From positions 49,658 through 113,657 of the forward strand of contig JBDRCQ010000002.1 in assembly GCA_043821585.1 (NCBI GenBank): 64,000 bases of DNA. Reading direction: 5' to 3'. The translations under genes and the position numbers were made by a program. The DNA comes from an archaeon. GTDB taxonomy: Archaea > Nanobdellota > Nanobdellia > Pacearchaeales > GW2011-AR1. The notes under the pieces are model-generated. The model saw only the letters and a program-made list of their open reading frames with translations, was not told the DNA's origin and ran no database searches. This document shows, piece after piece, positions 27,825 to 36,981 of the stretch (within the stretch, counting starts at the first letter, position 1; each line of letters begins with the position of its first letter).

Positions 27825-28128
27825 CTTTTATAATCTCTGCTAGTTCGTTTGTCATAGTTTGAACGTAACTGTCTTGGTAGAACGGAAAGTCTTTGTCTAT
27901 TAGATCATAGATTTCTGGATAGCCCTTTCTTAGCTTTTGAAATCTGTCTGCGTGTGATGAAGGAGTTTTGTTGGTGTTTTGTAGTAAAAATAAGTCTGTT
28001 AAGGAAGTTAGAGATTTGAAAAATAATACGACTGCTGAATTATATCTTTTTTTATTCAATTCATCTTGGCCCGATGCAAAATATTCTTTTGCAGCTTTTT
28101 CTAGGATTTCTTCCTTTTCGTTTTTCAT
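27778..28128 (-). CDS. HEPN-domain protein
   Basis: YNSAVVLFFKSL...PSSHADRF pattern; overlaps the MNT gene. Confidence 0.7.
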   Translation of the reverse strand: MKNEKEEILEKAAKEYFASGQDELNKKRYNSAVVLFFKSLTSLTDLFLLQNTNKTPSSHADRFQKLRKGYPEIYDLIDKDFPFYQDSYVQTMTNELAEIIKDDAKSMAEKTKVELQ

Positions 28129-28241
28129 ACCAGATAAGAATGTTTTTGAGTATTTAAAGTTTTTCTTATTAGGTAAGAAAAAGCTTTGGATTTTTGGTAT
28201 TTTTCTTACTTGGTAAGAATAGGGTTTTGGGCGTTTGTGAA

Positions 28242-28274
28242 CGGAAGTTTTATATACTAACTATAGTAGTTATA
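28242..28274 (+). promoter_or_regulatory. BRE/TATA promoter plus inverted-repeat operator
   Basis: CGGAAGTTTTATATAC, 37 nt before ATG 28279; TAACTA-tag-TAGTTA IR immediately after. Confidence 0.6.
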
Positions 28275-28278
28275 TAGT

Positions 28279-28515
28279 ATGGAAAAAACAACGATCCAAA
28301 TAAATACTAGCACACTTGAACGGCTGAAGGCCTTGAAGAGTTTTGATAGACAGTCGTATGATGAATTGTTAAACAATTTAGTTGATAACATTGAAGAGGA
28401 GAGTTTGAGTGAAGGGGAGATTGAGGACATAAAGGTAGCTTTGGAGAATGTTAAAAGAGGGGATGTGAGGCCAATTGAACAAGTTGCGAAGGAACTTGGC
28501 GTTTCTTTAGCTTAA
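28279..28515 (+). CDS. ribbon-helix-helix antitoxin
   Basis: TTIQINTSTLERLKALK...SYDELL; acidic C-terminus. Confidence 0.75.
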   Translation: MEKTTIQINTSTLERLKALKSFDRQSYDELLNNLVDNIEEESLSEGEIEDIKVALENVKRGDVRPIEQVAKELGVSLA

Positions 28516-28516
28516 G

Positions 28517-28768
28517 ATGTATTCTATTCAAATTGAGAAGAACGCAGAGGCTTTTCTCAAAAAATTACCAAAGAAAGATGCTGAGATAATTTTGAAGAAG
28601 ATTTATTTGATTCGGGATAATCCGTTTCGATTTTTGAAGAGGTTGCAGGGGCAGCAGAAGTTGTGGCGATTGAGGGTTGGCGATTATCGGGCGGTTGTGG
28701 ATGTTGTTGTTTCTGCAAACAAAATTGTTGTTTTGAGAATTGGTTTGCGGAAGAATGTTTATGATTAG
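28517..28768 (+). CDS. RelE/ParE family toxin
   Basis: MYSIQIEKNAEAFLKKL...WRLRVGDYRAV. Confidence 0.88.
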   Translation: MYSIQIEKNAEAFLKKLPKKDAEIILKKIYLIRDNPFRFLKRLQGQQKLWRLRVGDYRAVVDVVVSANKIVVLRIGLRKNVYD

Positions 28769-29166
28769 CTAACGAGTGCTCTCCCTAACACTAATTCTGC
28801 GCGGTTTTGGGCTTTGCGGAGATCTGCGTCGAGTTGTTGGTACATTTTTTCGTCATGATCTGCCATTACCCCCTGGGTTAGATAATAATTTGGTCCTGTG
28901 TTCATGCCTAAATGAAGGTATCCATTCGCTTCTACTTCGATTCTTCCATCATGTATGTTTACAGTGTCTACGGTAACAGATGTGGGGCCTGACCTTCTGA
29001 TGAGAGACCCCAGACCGTAGGCCCATGTTCTAAATAATTGTATGAAATCGCGACCGCTTGCATGAGCATACAAGACATCTCTGTCTTGGAGGTCCGGTAA
29101 GCTTGGAACTTCGATTATTTCTTTTTCGCCGTCTCGGATTATATTTAAGTGTGGTTTAGATGTCAT
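28765..29166 (-). CDS. hypothetical protein
   Basis: ATGA-coupled start at 29166 (MTSKPH); no recognised motif. Confidence 0.55.
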   Translation of the reverse strand: MTSKPHLNIIRDGEKEIIEVPSLPDLQDRDVLYAHASGRDFIQLFRTWAYGLGSLIRRSGPTSVTVDTVNIHDGRIEVEANGYLHLGMNTGPNYYLTQGVMADHDEKMYQQLDADLRKAQNRAELVLGRALVS

Positions 29167-29456
29167 TTTGTTTCTTTTCCCATTATTGTCAGCTTGACTT
29201 TTTCTGCGATTCTTGGTTCTGAGAAGTCGTAGCCATTGCAAGCTTGTAGTGCTTGTCTTGCTGCTTGTTTGTCGCCTGCCGCATAGTTATCTTCTGAACT
29301 TTCAGTGATTTCTCTTAGGGCTGTTATTGCGGATTCTCTGAAGGTGTCTCTTTTCTCGGGAGTCCAACCGTTTTCAGCGGCGTCTGGTCTGTATTTGTGG
29401 AGCTGGGCTATTGCATAGCATTGTGTGCAATCTTTGCTGGCTGCTAAAGGGATCAT
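29163..29456 (-). CDS. hypothetical helical protein with CxxC
   Basis: AGGAG upstream; CTQC motif; coupled to the next gene. Confidence 0.5.
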   Translation of the reverse strand: MIPLAASKDCTQCYAIAQLHKYRPDAAENGWTPEKRDTFRESAITALREITESSEDNYAAGDKQAARQALQACNGYDFSEPRIAEKVKLTIMGKETK

Positions 29457-29528
29457 CTTCTTTCTCCTGTTGACTGATTTTCGTTTACCATACTATAAAG
29501 TGGTAAATTGATAGCTTATAGAATTTGT

Positions 29529-29566
29529 TGATATGAATGATATGAAAAAGCGAAAAGGTTAAATAT
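29529..29566 (+). promoter_or_regulatory. BRE/TATA promoter preceded by tandem TGATATGA boxes
   Basis: CGAAAAGGTTAAATAT at 29551-29566, 36 nt before ATG 29587; boxes at 29529-29536 and 29538-29545. Confidence 0.6.
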
Positions 29567-29586
29567 GCAAAAGGGTTTACGGGGGA

Positions 29587-30465
29587 ATGAAAAGAAGACT
29601 AATCAAGCAGGGCGGTGGCGGATTTACGATCTACTTGCCTCGGGGATGGACTAGGAAATTCAATATTGAAAAGGGAGATGAGGTAGACGTTGAAGAGATT
29701 GACCAGAATTTGATTATTAGGCTGGAGGAAAATGTTAAGAAAGAAAAAAAAGTGACTCTTGATGTTTCAGGTTATGGCCTTTTAGTAAATAGGGTTATAA
29801 TGGCCCTTTACATGAAGGGAGTTGACGAGTTAGAGGTGACTTTTACAAACCCAGACGAGTTAGTGGATTTTCAGAAAAGAGTAATTAATGAGCTAATTGG
29901 GTTTGAAATAATAAAGCAAACACAAAATAGCATGGTAATAAAAGACATCGCAGGTTCTGAAACCCATGAGATAAACGATCTCGTCAGGAGGATTTTTTTT
30001 ATTCTTGATTCGATGGCTGAGGAGTTTGTTATAGCCTTAGAAAAAAAGCAAAAAATGAAACCTATAATTGAAATTGATTCCAGCGTGAATAAATTTTCTA
30101 ATTTCTGCTTAAGGATTTTAAACAAAAAAGGAGATAGGGACTTCAGTAAAACGCCCCACATTTATGGAATTGTCTCGCTACTCGAAGAGACAGGGGATAT
30201 TTACAAAAAAATTGCGCTGGAGGTGCAGAATAAAGCTAAAATAACTAAAGAGCAGATTGAGTCTATAAAAGAAACTCGCAAGTCTCTTGCTTTGTTTAAG
30301 GAAGTCTTGTTTGATTTTGAAAAAGAAAAGATAGTAAAGTTTGCTAAAAAGTATGAAGAAATAAAAAGAAAAATAAAAGACGAGAATAAAATAGACTTTT
30401 ACCTTTTGCAGTTGAATGATACAATAATTAAGATGAATAATTACTTGTTGGTTTTTAGTCTTTAG
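29587..30465 (+). CDS. AbrB/SpoVT DNA-binding + PhoU-like regulator
   Basis: KRRLIKQGGGGFTIYLPRGW...GDEV N-terminus, YMKGVDEL, IGFEII and helical PhoU-like repeats. Confidence 0.85.
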   Translation: MKRRLIKQGGGGFTIYLPRGWTRKFNIEKGDEVDVEEIDQNLIIRLEENVKKEKKVTLDVSGYGLLVNRVIMALYMKGVDELEVTFTNPDELVDFQKRVINELIGFEIIKQTQNSMVIKDIAGSETHEINDLVRRIFFILDSMAEEFVIALEKKQKMKPIIEIDSSVNKFSNFCLRILNKKGDRDFSKTPHIYGIVSLLEETGDIYKKIALEVQNKAKITKEQIESIKETRKSLALFKEVLFDFEKEKIVKFAKKYEEIKRKIKDENKIDFYLLQLNDTIIKMNNYLLVFSL

Positions 30466-30989
30466 TCTTTTCCTTCTGAATTGGATTCATCTAAGGGGTT
30501 GGTTTCAATATCTCTATCAGCTCCAAGTCTAATGGGAATGTTGCTTTGTCTTGGGTTAATTGTCCCCTTCAGAACAAGGTAATTGGCGATTGTACTGTCT
30601 GACCTTTCTCTTGCAGCGTCTGGTAGAAACTCTCTGTATACTGAATAGTCGCCGCTTCCAGAGTCAATCATTGCTCTCTGTTGGTCGTATACTCCAGCAA
30701 AATACTCCGCAACAGAATCCGCCAACCTGCGATCATTGTGTCTAACACATTGGTAGAGATATGCTGCTCCTGCATTAATTGAGTGGAGCGCCAAGTCCTT
30801 TGTGGATGCGGTGTCGTAGCCCTTGTCTGTGAAAAAGTGGGAGTCCATTGGGATTTTCATAAAACGATTAAGGACTCGGGGATCCTGTTCTTCAGGGGCA
30901 GTTGTGGTGCTTGTCATGATAGCTCTAAGCAGGTCAGGGTCAACGCTTCTTGATTCACAATAATACTCTACTAAAGGGGTATCTCCCAA
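30462..30989 (-). CDS. SLT/lytic-transglycosylase-like domain lacking the catalytic Glu; probably the C-terminus of the upstream ORF
   Basis: VDPDLLRAIM, FMKI, SINAGAAYL and EYFAG echo SLT motifs; TTG start has no RBS. Confidence 0.5.
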   Translation of the reverse strand: MGDTPLVEYYCESRSVDPDLLRAIMTSTTTAPEEQDPRVLNRFMKIPMDSHFFTDKGYDTASTKDLALHSINAGAAYLYQCVRHNDRRLADSVAEYFAGVYDQQRAMIDSGSGDYSVYREFLPDAARERSDSTIANYLVLKGTINPRQSNIPIRLGADRDIETNPLDESNSEGKD

Positions 30990-33133
30990 GAGGGTCTGGT
31001 ATTCTCTATCTTGTTCCGTTGCTCTCTCTCTCTTGCGCTTACTTTGGCGCGTGCAATTTCTCTATATTGGAGGTTGTGGACAAAATCATCACCTTCGCTA
31101 TTTTCTGGACTCACTTCGTAGGCCCATCTAATCCAATCGTCTTCTGTTTGTGGATGATCCGGCAGGGCCACGGTGCCGGGCTTGTCTGAGAATTCAAACT
31201 CAACATGCTTATAATGTGGATCGAGAATGGTCATGTCTCTTCCGGAATATTTTGCAGCAATTTTCATTTCTTCAATTTTGTTCATGCTGTTTGTTCTCAT
31301 TCCTATTGTTACGACTCCCGCAAGGCCTGCTGCTAACAACCCGGTTAATCCAGCAGCGACTCCAATTTTTCTCCAAATCTCTGGATCTCTTGAAGAGATT
31401 CTGTAATCCGATTTCATTCCTTCCAAGGAGGTTCTATTGTGGACTGTGCTCACGATGCTTCCGATGTTTCCGCTTTGGTGCCTTAACTTACTAATTTCTT
31501 CAACTTCCCTTAAACCAAGCTGCGATTCAGCAAAGCGTTTTATACTTTTTTTTGCATCCGGGAGTCCACTTATCGGATCTTCATTAGTGATGAGCCCTCC
31601 GAGATGGCTTGTTTTTCTTCTTAGAACGTTTTCTTTTTCTGCTAATCCATCTAACTTTCTTAGCGCTAGGGTGTAAGCTTCATTCGCCAGATCTCTTAGC
31701 TCTTTCTTCTCTTTTGTGTCTTCTATGCCGGATGCAACGTCAACGAATCTTGCAGATCTTGCAAGCAGTTTTTCAACGAGTTTTTTGTCAACGATCCTTC
31801 TCCAATCTTCTAAGGTTCCCCCAATTTCTCCTCCGACCTGGTGGAAAGTTTCGTTGACTAGGCCTTCTAGGACAGATTCGTCAGAAATTCCAGAACCCAG
31901 CAATATTTCTGCTAGTTGCTCTTCGAGCAGACCGAAGTAGGTATGGTCCCAGTCGGTGTAGGTTCTTCTGCCATCGCCTGCAACCATAACCTGAGTTGGG
32001 TTTGCATCGAGATTAACGATGAATTTCTTTCTTCTCTTAAAGTCCGGGTTGGCAATGCTTCCTAGAGCATCCCTTATGTGCGACATTATAGAGCCCTGTG
32101 TTCCCAGTTGGTGAAATGCTTCTTCTCTGACTTTTCCAGAGGGTGTTAGGTATTTGTTTCTGAAATAAGGGATGGCTCTTAGTGCGAAGACTTTAAAGAA
32201 ATTGTCTTTTGGATTTCCCTGACTTGGAATTATATAATTTCCTGATACGATGTTTTTTAGTCCGGTTAAAACTCCACCGTTTCTTCTAAGATAATAATGG
32301 CCCTCATCTGTTATGTCCTCCAGATGTTGATGTCTGTTAAACTCTCTTCCGATTCTTCTTGCGTCTTTTTCGTCAACTTTTAGGTCCTTCATCTCTGTTG
32401 CTTTGAGGCTTATTTCCATGTAATCCCCAATAACTGGCCTAAGAATGTCGGCTCTTGTTTGGTCGTTTGGTGCATCTCTGAGAATATCTGTTAACCTTCT
32501 TCCTTCCAAATGCAATTCAGCGACTAAACCGGAATATTCGTCGATGTATGCTGGGGAGTTTATCCTGATTGTGTTTCCATCTTTATCTCTTAGAATACGG
32601 TCGGTTTCTAGTCTCTTCAGGAATCTTTGAAATGGTATTCCTCTCTTGAACTTTTTTGGGTCGCCGTATTTCTTGACTCTAATTGGGACCTTTTCGCCCG
32701 GCAAGTGGATTTCGCCCTCGTAAAAATTGCCACCGTCGAAGACGGTTGTACCCGTTTTTATGTCGTCTACTGCAGTAAACATTGGGATATTGTTTGGGAC
32801 GACTCTTGCGCCGCGATCATCTACATATTCATGTCTTGCTTTTAGAGCGCTCCTGATCCTTTGTTTTGTTTCATTGGGTAGCCTGTCTAATGCGTCGCCT
32901 TCAAGGGATTCAAGTAGACCTTCTTTCAATTGGCCGTATTGGCGTTCATCTAATTCAAACGCTAGGGCGTGTCTATGTCTGACGTCGTCAGATATGGGCT
33001 CTTCGACTCTCCTGCCTGCTGAGGGATCAAAATGGGTACCATGAAAGATTAAACTTTCTTCCTTGGCCGCTTGCGCGGCTACTGTCTTAAAATCTTTTCC
33101 TTCAAGGTCGCTAAAAGCAGGTTTTCTACTCAT
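30971..33133 (-). CDS. protein-kinase-like/APH-fold domain + TM helix + extracellular segment
   Basis: IRVKKY, SPAYIDEYSGLVAELHLEGRRL, NLDANPTQVMV and YTDWD motifs; TM IGVAAGLTGLLAAGLAGVVTIGM. Confidence 0.6.
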   Translation of the reverse strand: MSRKPAFSDLEGKDFKTVAAQAAKEESLIFHGTHFDPSAGRRVEEPISDDVRHRHALAFELDERQYGQLKEGLLESLEGDALDRLPNETKQRIRSALKARHEYVDDRGARVVPNNIPMFTAVDDIKTGTTVFDGGNFYEGEIHLPGEKVPIRVKKYGDPKKFKRGIPFQRFLKRLETDRILRDKDGNTIRINSPAYIDEYSGLVAELHLEGRRLTDILRDAPNDQTRADILRPVIGDYMEISLKATEMKDLKVDEKDARRIGREFNRHQHLEDITDEGHYYLRRNGGVLTGLKNIVSGNYIIPSQGNPKDNFFKVFALRAIPYFRNKYLTPSGKVREEAFHQLGTQGSIMSHIRDALGSIANPDFKRRKKFIVNLDANPTQVMVAGDGRRTYTDWDHTYFGLLEEQLAEILLGSGISDESVLEGLVNETFHQVGGEIGGTLEDWRRIVDKKLVEKLLARSARFVDVASGIEDTKEKKELRDLANEAYTLALRKLDGLAEKENVLRRKTSHLGGLITNEDPISGLPDAKKSIKRFAESQLGLREVEEISKLRHQSGNIGSIVSTVHNRTSLEGMKSDYRISSRDPEIWRKIGVAAGLTGLLAAGLAGVVTIGMRTNSMNKIEEMKIAAKYSGRDMTILDPHYKHVEFEFSDKPGTVALPDHPQTEDDWIRWAYEVSPENSEGDDFVHNLQYREIARAKVSAREREQRNKIENTRPSWEIPL
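31022..31033. repeat. (CT)6/(AG)6 microsatellite at the junction of two overlapping ORFs
   Basis: CTCTCTCTCTCT; loss of one unit fuses the two ORFs. Confidence 0.8.
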
Positions 33134-33302
33134 TTTTATCCTCCTCGGGATGTTCTAAGACATCCATTGTTAGTTGGAGAAGTGTGCCGGGCTTGAGGTG
33201 ATTTTGGAGCATTGCTGGCACGACTATCACAGATTGTCTACCGTGCTTGGCGACTCGTTTCATTATGACGAATCTCTTATTTTTGGGACTTTTTTGCTCC
33301 AT
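33126..33302 (-). CDS. 58-aa AbrB/SpoVT-like protein (below ORF-track cutoff)
   Basis: MEQKSPKNKRFVIMKRVAKHGRQSVIVVPAMLQNHLKPGTLLQLTMDVLEHPEEDKNE; paralog at 37707. Confidence 0.75.
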   Translation of the reverse strand: MEQKSPKNKRFVIMKRVAKHGRQSVIVVPAMLQNHLKPGTLLQLTMDVLEHPEEDKNE

Positions 33303-33451
33303 ATTTGATGTATCAACGCTACATCACGCTTTTTTAAAGGTTTCTAGTAGTGTAACTTTATAGTGGTATCTTGTTAGTTCGTTTGTGGATTTAATGTTTA
33401 GTAATTAGTTAAGTATTTTCATTTATGAAAGAATGTAATTTATTTAGTGAA

Positions 33452-33485
33452 CGAAAAGCTTAAATACTACTGTTTTTTTAGTAGT
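33452..33485 (+). promoter_or_regulatory. BRE/TATA promoter plus ACTACT-n8-AGTAGT operator
   Basis: CGAAAAGCTTAAATAC, 36 nt before ATG 33488. Confidence 0.65.
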
Positions 33486-33487
33486 GG

Positions 33488-34075
33488 ATGAATTATGATA
33501 TGTTCTTTTCTAGTCCGCGGTGGACAATTCTCGATTTTATTGCTCAAGAGCCGTCTTCTCCGGTCGAGATCTCAAAGCACATTGGCACGAGCGTTTCTTA
33601 TGTTAGTCAACAATTGAAGTTGCTAGAGGCGGCAGGGTTGGTTGTTAAAGAGAAGACCGGTAGCGCCGAGAAAGGGAAGCCAAGACTGGTTTATTCGATT
33701 GCGCGGGAGATTTTGCAGTTATCTGGGTTGATGAAGGGAATGCCCGTTAAGAAACATGTTGCGTTGGATGAACATCATAAGACTATTCTGAGAATTTGGG
33801 CTTTGGAGAATGAGAGTTTGCATTATCAAATTGAAAAATTGTATTGGAAGCTGGAGGAAGATCTGAAGGATGTGGGTGGAATTTTTGTTGAGGGCTCTGG
33901 AGATGTTTTGGTTGTTTCTGATTCTAAGAAGGCAAGGTCCTTGGCCGAAAAGGTTGATGGCCTGAAAGTAAAGTTTGTTTCTGAGAGTGAGTTGAGGAAG
34001 TCTGAGAATTTGCATGCAATTTATGATCCAAAATTATTGGAAGGTAAACAACTTGTGAAAGGAGGTAAGAAATAA
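33488..34075 (+). CDS. ArsR-like wHTH regulator with degenerate NTase-like C-terminal domain
   Basis: RWTILDFIAQEPSSPVEISKHIGTSVSYVSQQLKLLEAAGLV...GKPRLVYS. Confidence 0.8.
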   Translation: MNYDMFFSSPRWTILDFIAQEPSSPVEISKHIGTSVSYVSQQLKLLEAAGLVVKEKTGSAEKGKPRLVYSIAREILQLSGLMKGMPVKKHVALDEHHKTILRIWALENESLHYQIEKLYWKLEEDLKDVGGIFVEGSGDVLVVSDSKKARSLAEKVDGLKVKFVSESELRKSENLHAIYDPKLLEGKQLVKGGKK

Positions 34076-34082
34076 GAATACT

Positions 34083-34889
34083 ATGAAAGATAAGAGCAAT
34101 TTGGCTGCTTTATTCTTGGTAGTTGCGTTGGTCGCCGGCTTTTTGTTTTTTGCAAGCGATGCACTAGCTGTGCAACCGAACGGTGTGAGTAGTATCAGTG
34201 AGCAAAGATCTGAAACTGCCCCTGCGGACACGGCAAGCAATGATAGCGCTATTGCGGGAAACATTACTGAGATGGTTATTACGGCTTATTCCACGACTCA
34301 GTCTTGGCAGGGTTACGTTGGAAATATCTCGGGTGCGATTAGATTGGCAGATACCAGTGGTGACGTTTTGTACAACTGGTCTTTGGCAAATCCATCCGGA
34401 GAGATTTACGCTTCGACAAACAGCACAATAACTTGGACGGGAATAGTGTGTTTCAACTACACAGCCGCAGGCAATTATTCAACTGGCGGCGAGGCTGCAG
34501 GAGGAGGCACTAGTTTGTATGGTACAAATCTGTCTCAGTTAGAGACACAGTTCGGGTTGAGCGCTAGCGATATTGATGGAGTTGATGCAACGTTCACCGA
34601 TGCGAACAGTCACGTAGAGTTCTTTACTGCAGGAAAGCAGTTTAGCGCGGGCGAATGTGTCAGCACAGATGTGTTTGATAGCAACGGAATTGGTACTGAC
34701 GGTAATTATGAGGAAGTAATCCTATACGAGCCAGCTACAGCAAGTGTTGTTTTCGCTTCACTGATTGAATCAGGCAGCGTGGACGGCTTCGATAGCAAGG
34801 ACTACGACTTCGAAATGCTGGTTTTAGAAAATGGCCACGGCACGGACACAGATACAACAACGTACTACTTTTTTGTAGAGCTAGAGTAA
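34083..34889 (+). CDS. secreted/surface protein
   Basis: Signal peptide; domain repeated at the C-terminus of the next gene. Confidence 0.8.
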   Translation: MKDKSNLAALFLVVALVAGFLFFASDALAVQPNGVSSISEQRSETAPADTASNDSAIAGNITEMVITAYSTTQSWQGYVGNISGAIRLADTSGDVLYNWSLANPSGEIYASTNSTITWTGIVCFNYTAAGNYSTGGEAAGGGTSLYGTNLSQLETQFGLSASDIDGVDATFTDANSHVEFFTAGKQFSAGECVSTDVFDSNGIGTDGNYEEVILYEPATASVVFASLIESGSVDGFDSKDYDFEMLVLENGHGTDTDTTTYYFFVELE

Positions 34890-34939
34890 AAATTTGTTTG
34901 TTTTATTTTTTTATTTTTTATTAAATCGAGAGAGAAGGT

Positions 34940-36903
34940 ATGAAAGGAACAAGAACCAAATTAATTGCGTTCGCAGCAGTAGTTTTAGTCTTGGCTCTCT
35001 CTGTTTTTCTTTTTTTTTCAATTTATTTTTCTTGGGGTTTTCTGACTAGTACAGGAAGGGTTATCGATGATTTTCCACAGGTTGAGGGGCCGAAAGAAGA
35101 GGTTCAACCAAAGGGCGATTTGGATTTTGTTAGTTTGGAAGATTTTCCTGGAAATGAATTGGATGAACAGAATATATCTTATGGTTTGGGTGGCGGTTCT
35201 TCTCGGAGAGGTTCTGGCGGCGGGGGCGGCGGTGAGACTCAAAACCTTTGGGTTTCTCTGTTATCTTCTTACTCGCGTTCTTTGATCCAAAATGGATCTG
35301 CTAATTTTTTGTTTGGGTTTGAAGGGAATAAGCAATTGAGTTATTGTGAGGTATACCTCGATGATTTGTTGAAAGGGTCTTTTCTGGCGTCTGAGTTTGA
35401 AGAAGTTGGGGTATCCAACGTTTCTGCTGGAAGACATGATTGGAGAGTTGTGTGTTTTGATGATTCCGATGTGAAATGGGTGGATGAAGCAGGATCGGCT
35501 GTTTTTTTCAAGGCTTTGGAGTATGGCGGGAGAACTACTAATTTGGACTCGGTTGATGATCTTTCTAGGGTTATTAACTTTACATTGGAGGATTCTTATA
35601 ATGGCATGATTGTCTTTGGGAGTTCTGTGAATTTAAGCGGCGGTTTTGATTTTGATCAGTTTGTTAGGATTCAACATAATCTTATTGCGGTGGATTCTTC
35701 TTCTCTTCCTGAGTTGAATGTTCCGGCCACTTTGACTTTTTATGATCTGGACTTTGAAAATCCGGTTATTTTGAGAGACGGTGTTGTTTGTGAAGATTGT
35801 CAGCTTGTTGAAGGGGGCGAAGGTTTTACTTTTAAGGTGGGCCACTTTAGTTCTTACACTGTTTCAGAGAATTCTGCGCTGCACTTGTTTGATACGACTG
35901 ACAGTGAAGGGAAATATGTTTCTGAGAGCGTTACTTTTTACGCTAATTATACTAACGTCACGGATTCTAGTCCGATTACGGGTTCGGCTTTTTGTAACGT
36001 GACTTTTCCAGATAGTTCTGAGGTAGAGATGCCTTATAATGCCGGCTCTGGAATGTATGAATACAGCAGGTCCTTTAGCGATCCGGGAACTTATTTGTTT
36101 GAGGTTAAGTGCTATGGGGCAGATGACGGATTCACAAGTTTGAGCGGAAATGATACATACACGATTTTGCAGCAGGGCGTTGGGGGAGGGGTTAATGGGG
36201 CCAATGTTACGAAGGTTTGGTCAGAAAGTGCTTCCAGCGATGAGGCAAGCAATAGCAGTGCTTTTGCGGGGAATATCACTGAGATAGTTGTTACAGCTTA
36301 CTCTACCACCCAAAGTTGGCAAGGTTATGTTGGGAATGTATCTGGGGCGGTCGAACTCGCTGATGCTAGCGGAGATGTTTTGTACAACTGGTCTGCTGCG
36401 CAGCCGGATGGCGAAGTTTATGCGTCAACTAGTTCTTCCATAAGTTGGAGGAACATACAATGTTTTAATTTTACAGCTAATGGGCTTTATGGTAACGAGT
36501 CGGTAGAGGGGGCACTACAAACCTGAATGGTACAAACCTTGTTTTGCTTGAGTCTCAGTTTGGACTTGATCCTTCTGATGTGGACGGCGTTGATGAGACG
36601 TTTAGTTTGATTGGCTCTGGAACTCACGACTCTTTTTATGCGGCAGGCCAGAGCTTTTCGGAAGGAGAGTGTAGGAGTACTCGTGTTTTTGGTGATAGTG
36701 GTCAGGGAGAGTTTGATGAGTTTGAAGAGGTTTTGCTTTATGAACCTGTGACTGCTAGCGTGGTTTTTGCTGCCTTGCTTGAAGAGGCTTCTGTTTCAGG
36801 GTATAACTCTAATGACTATGATTTTGAAATGTTGGTTTTGGAGGACGGGCATGGTTCGGATGTATTAACAACAACATACTACTTTTTTGTGGAGCTGGGC
36901 TAG
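34940..36903 (+). pseudogene. membrane-anchored surface protein with paralogous C-terminal domain, frameshifted at a G5 tract
   Basis: Alignment to 34083..34889 continues in ORF 36544..36903 if one G is added at 36508-36512. Confidence 0.75.
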
Positions 36904-36981
36904 TAGTTTTGTGGGGGATTTTTCTTGGTTGTTTTTTATGAAATCAAAAGTTATAAATATCAGAACCCAGATATGTATGGT

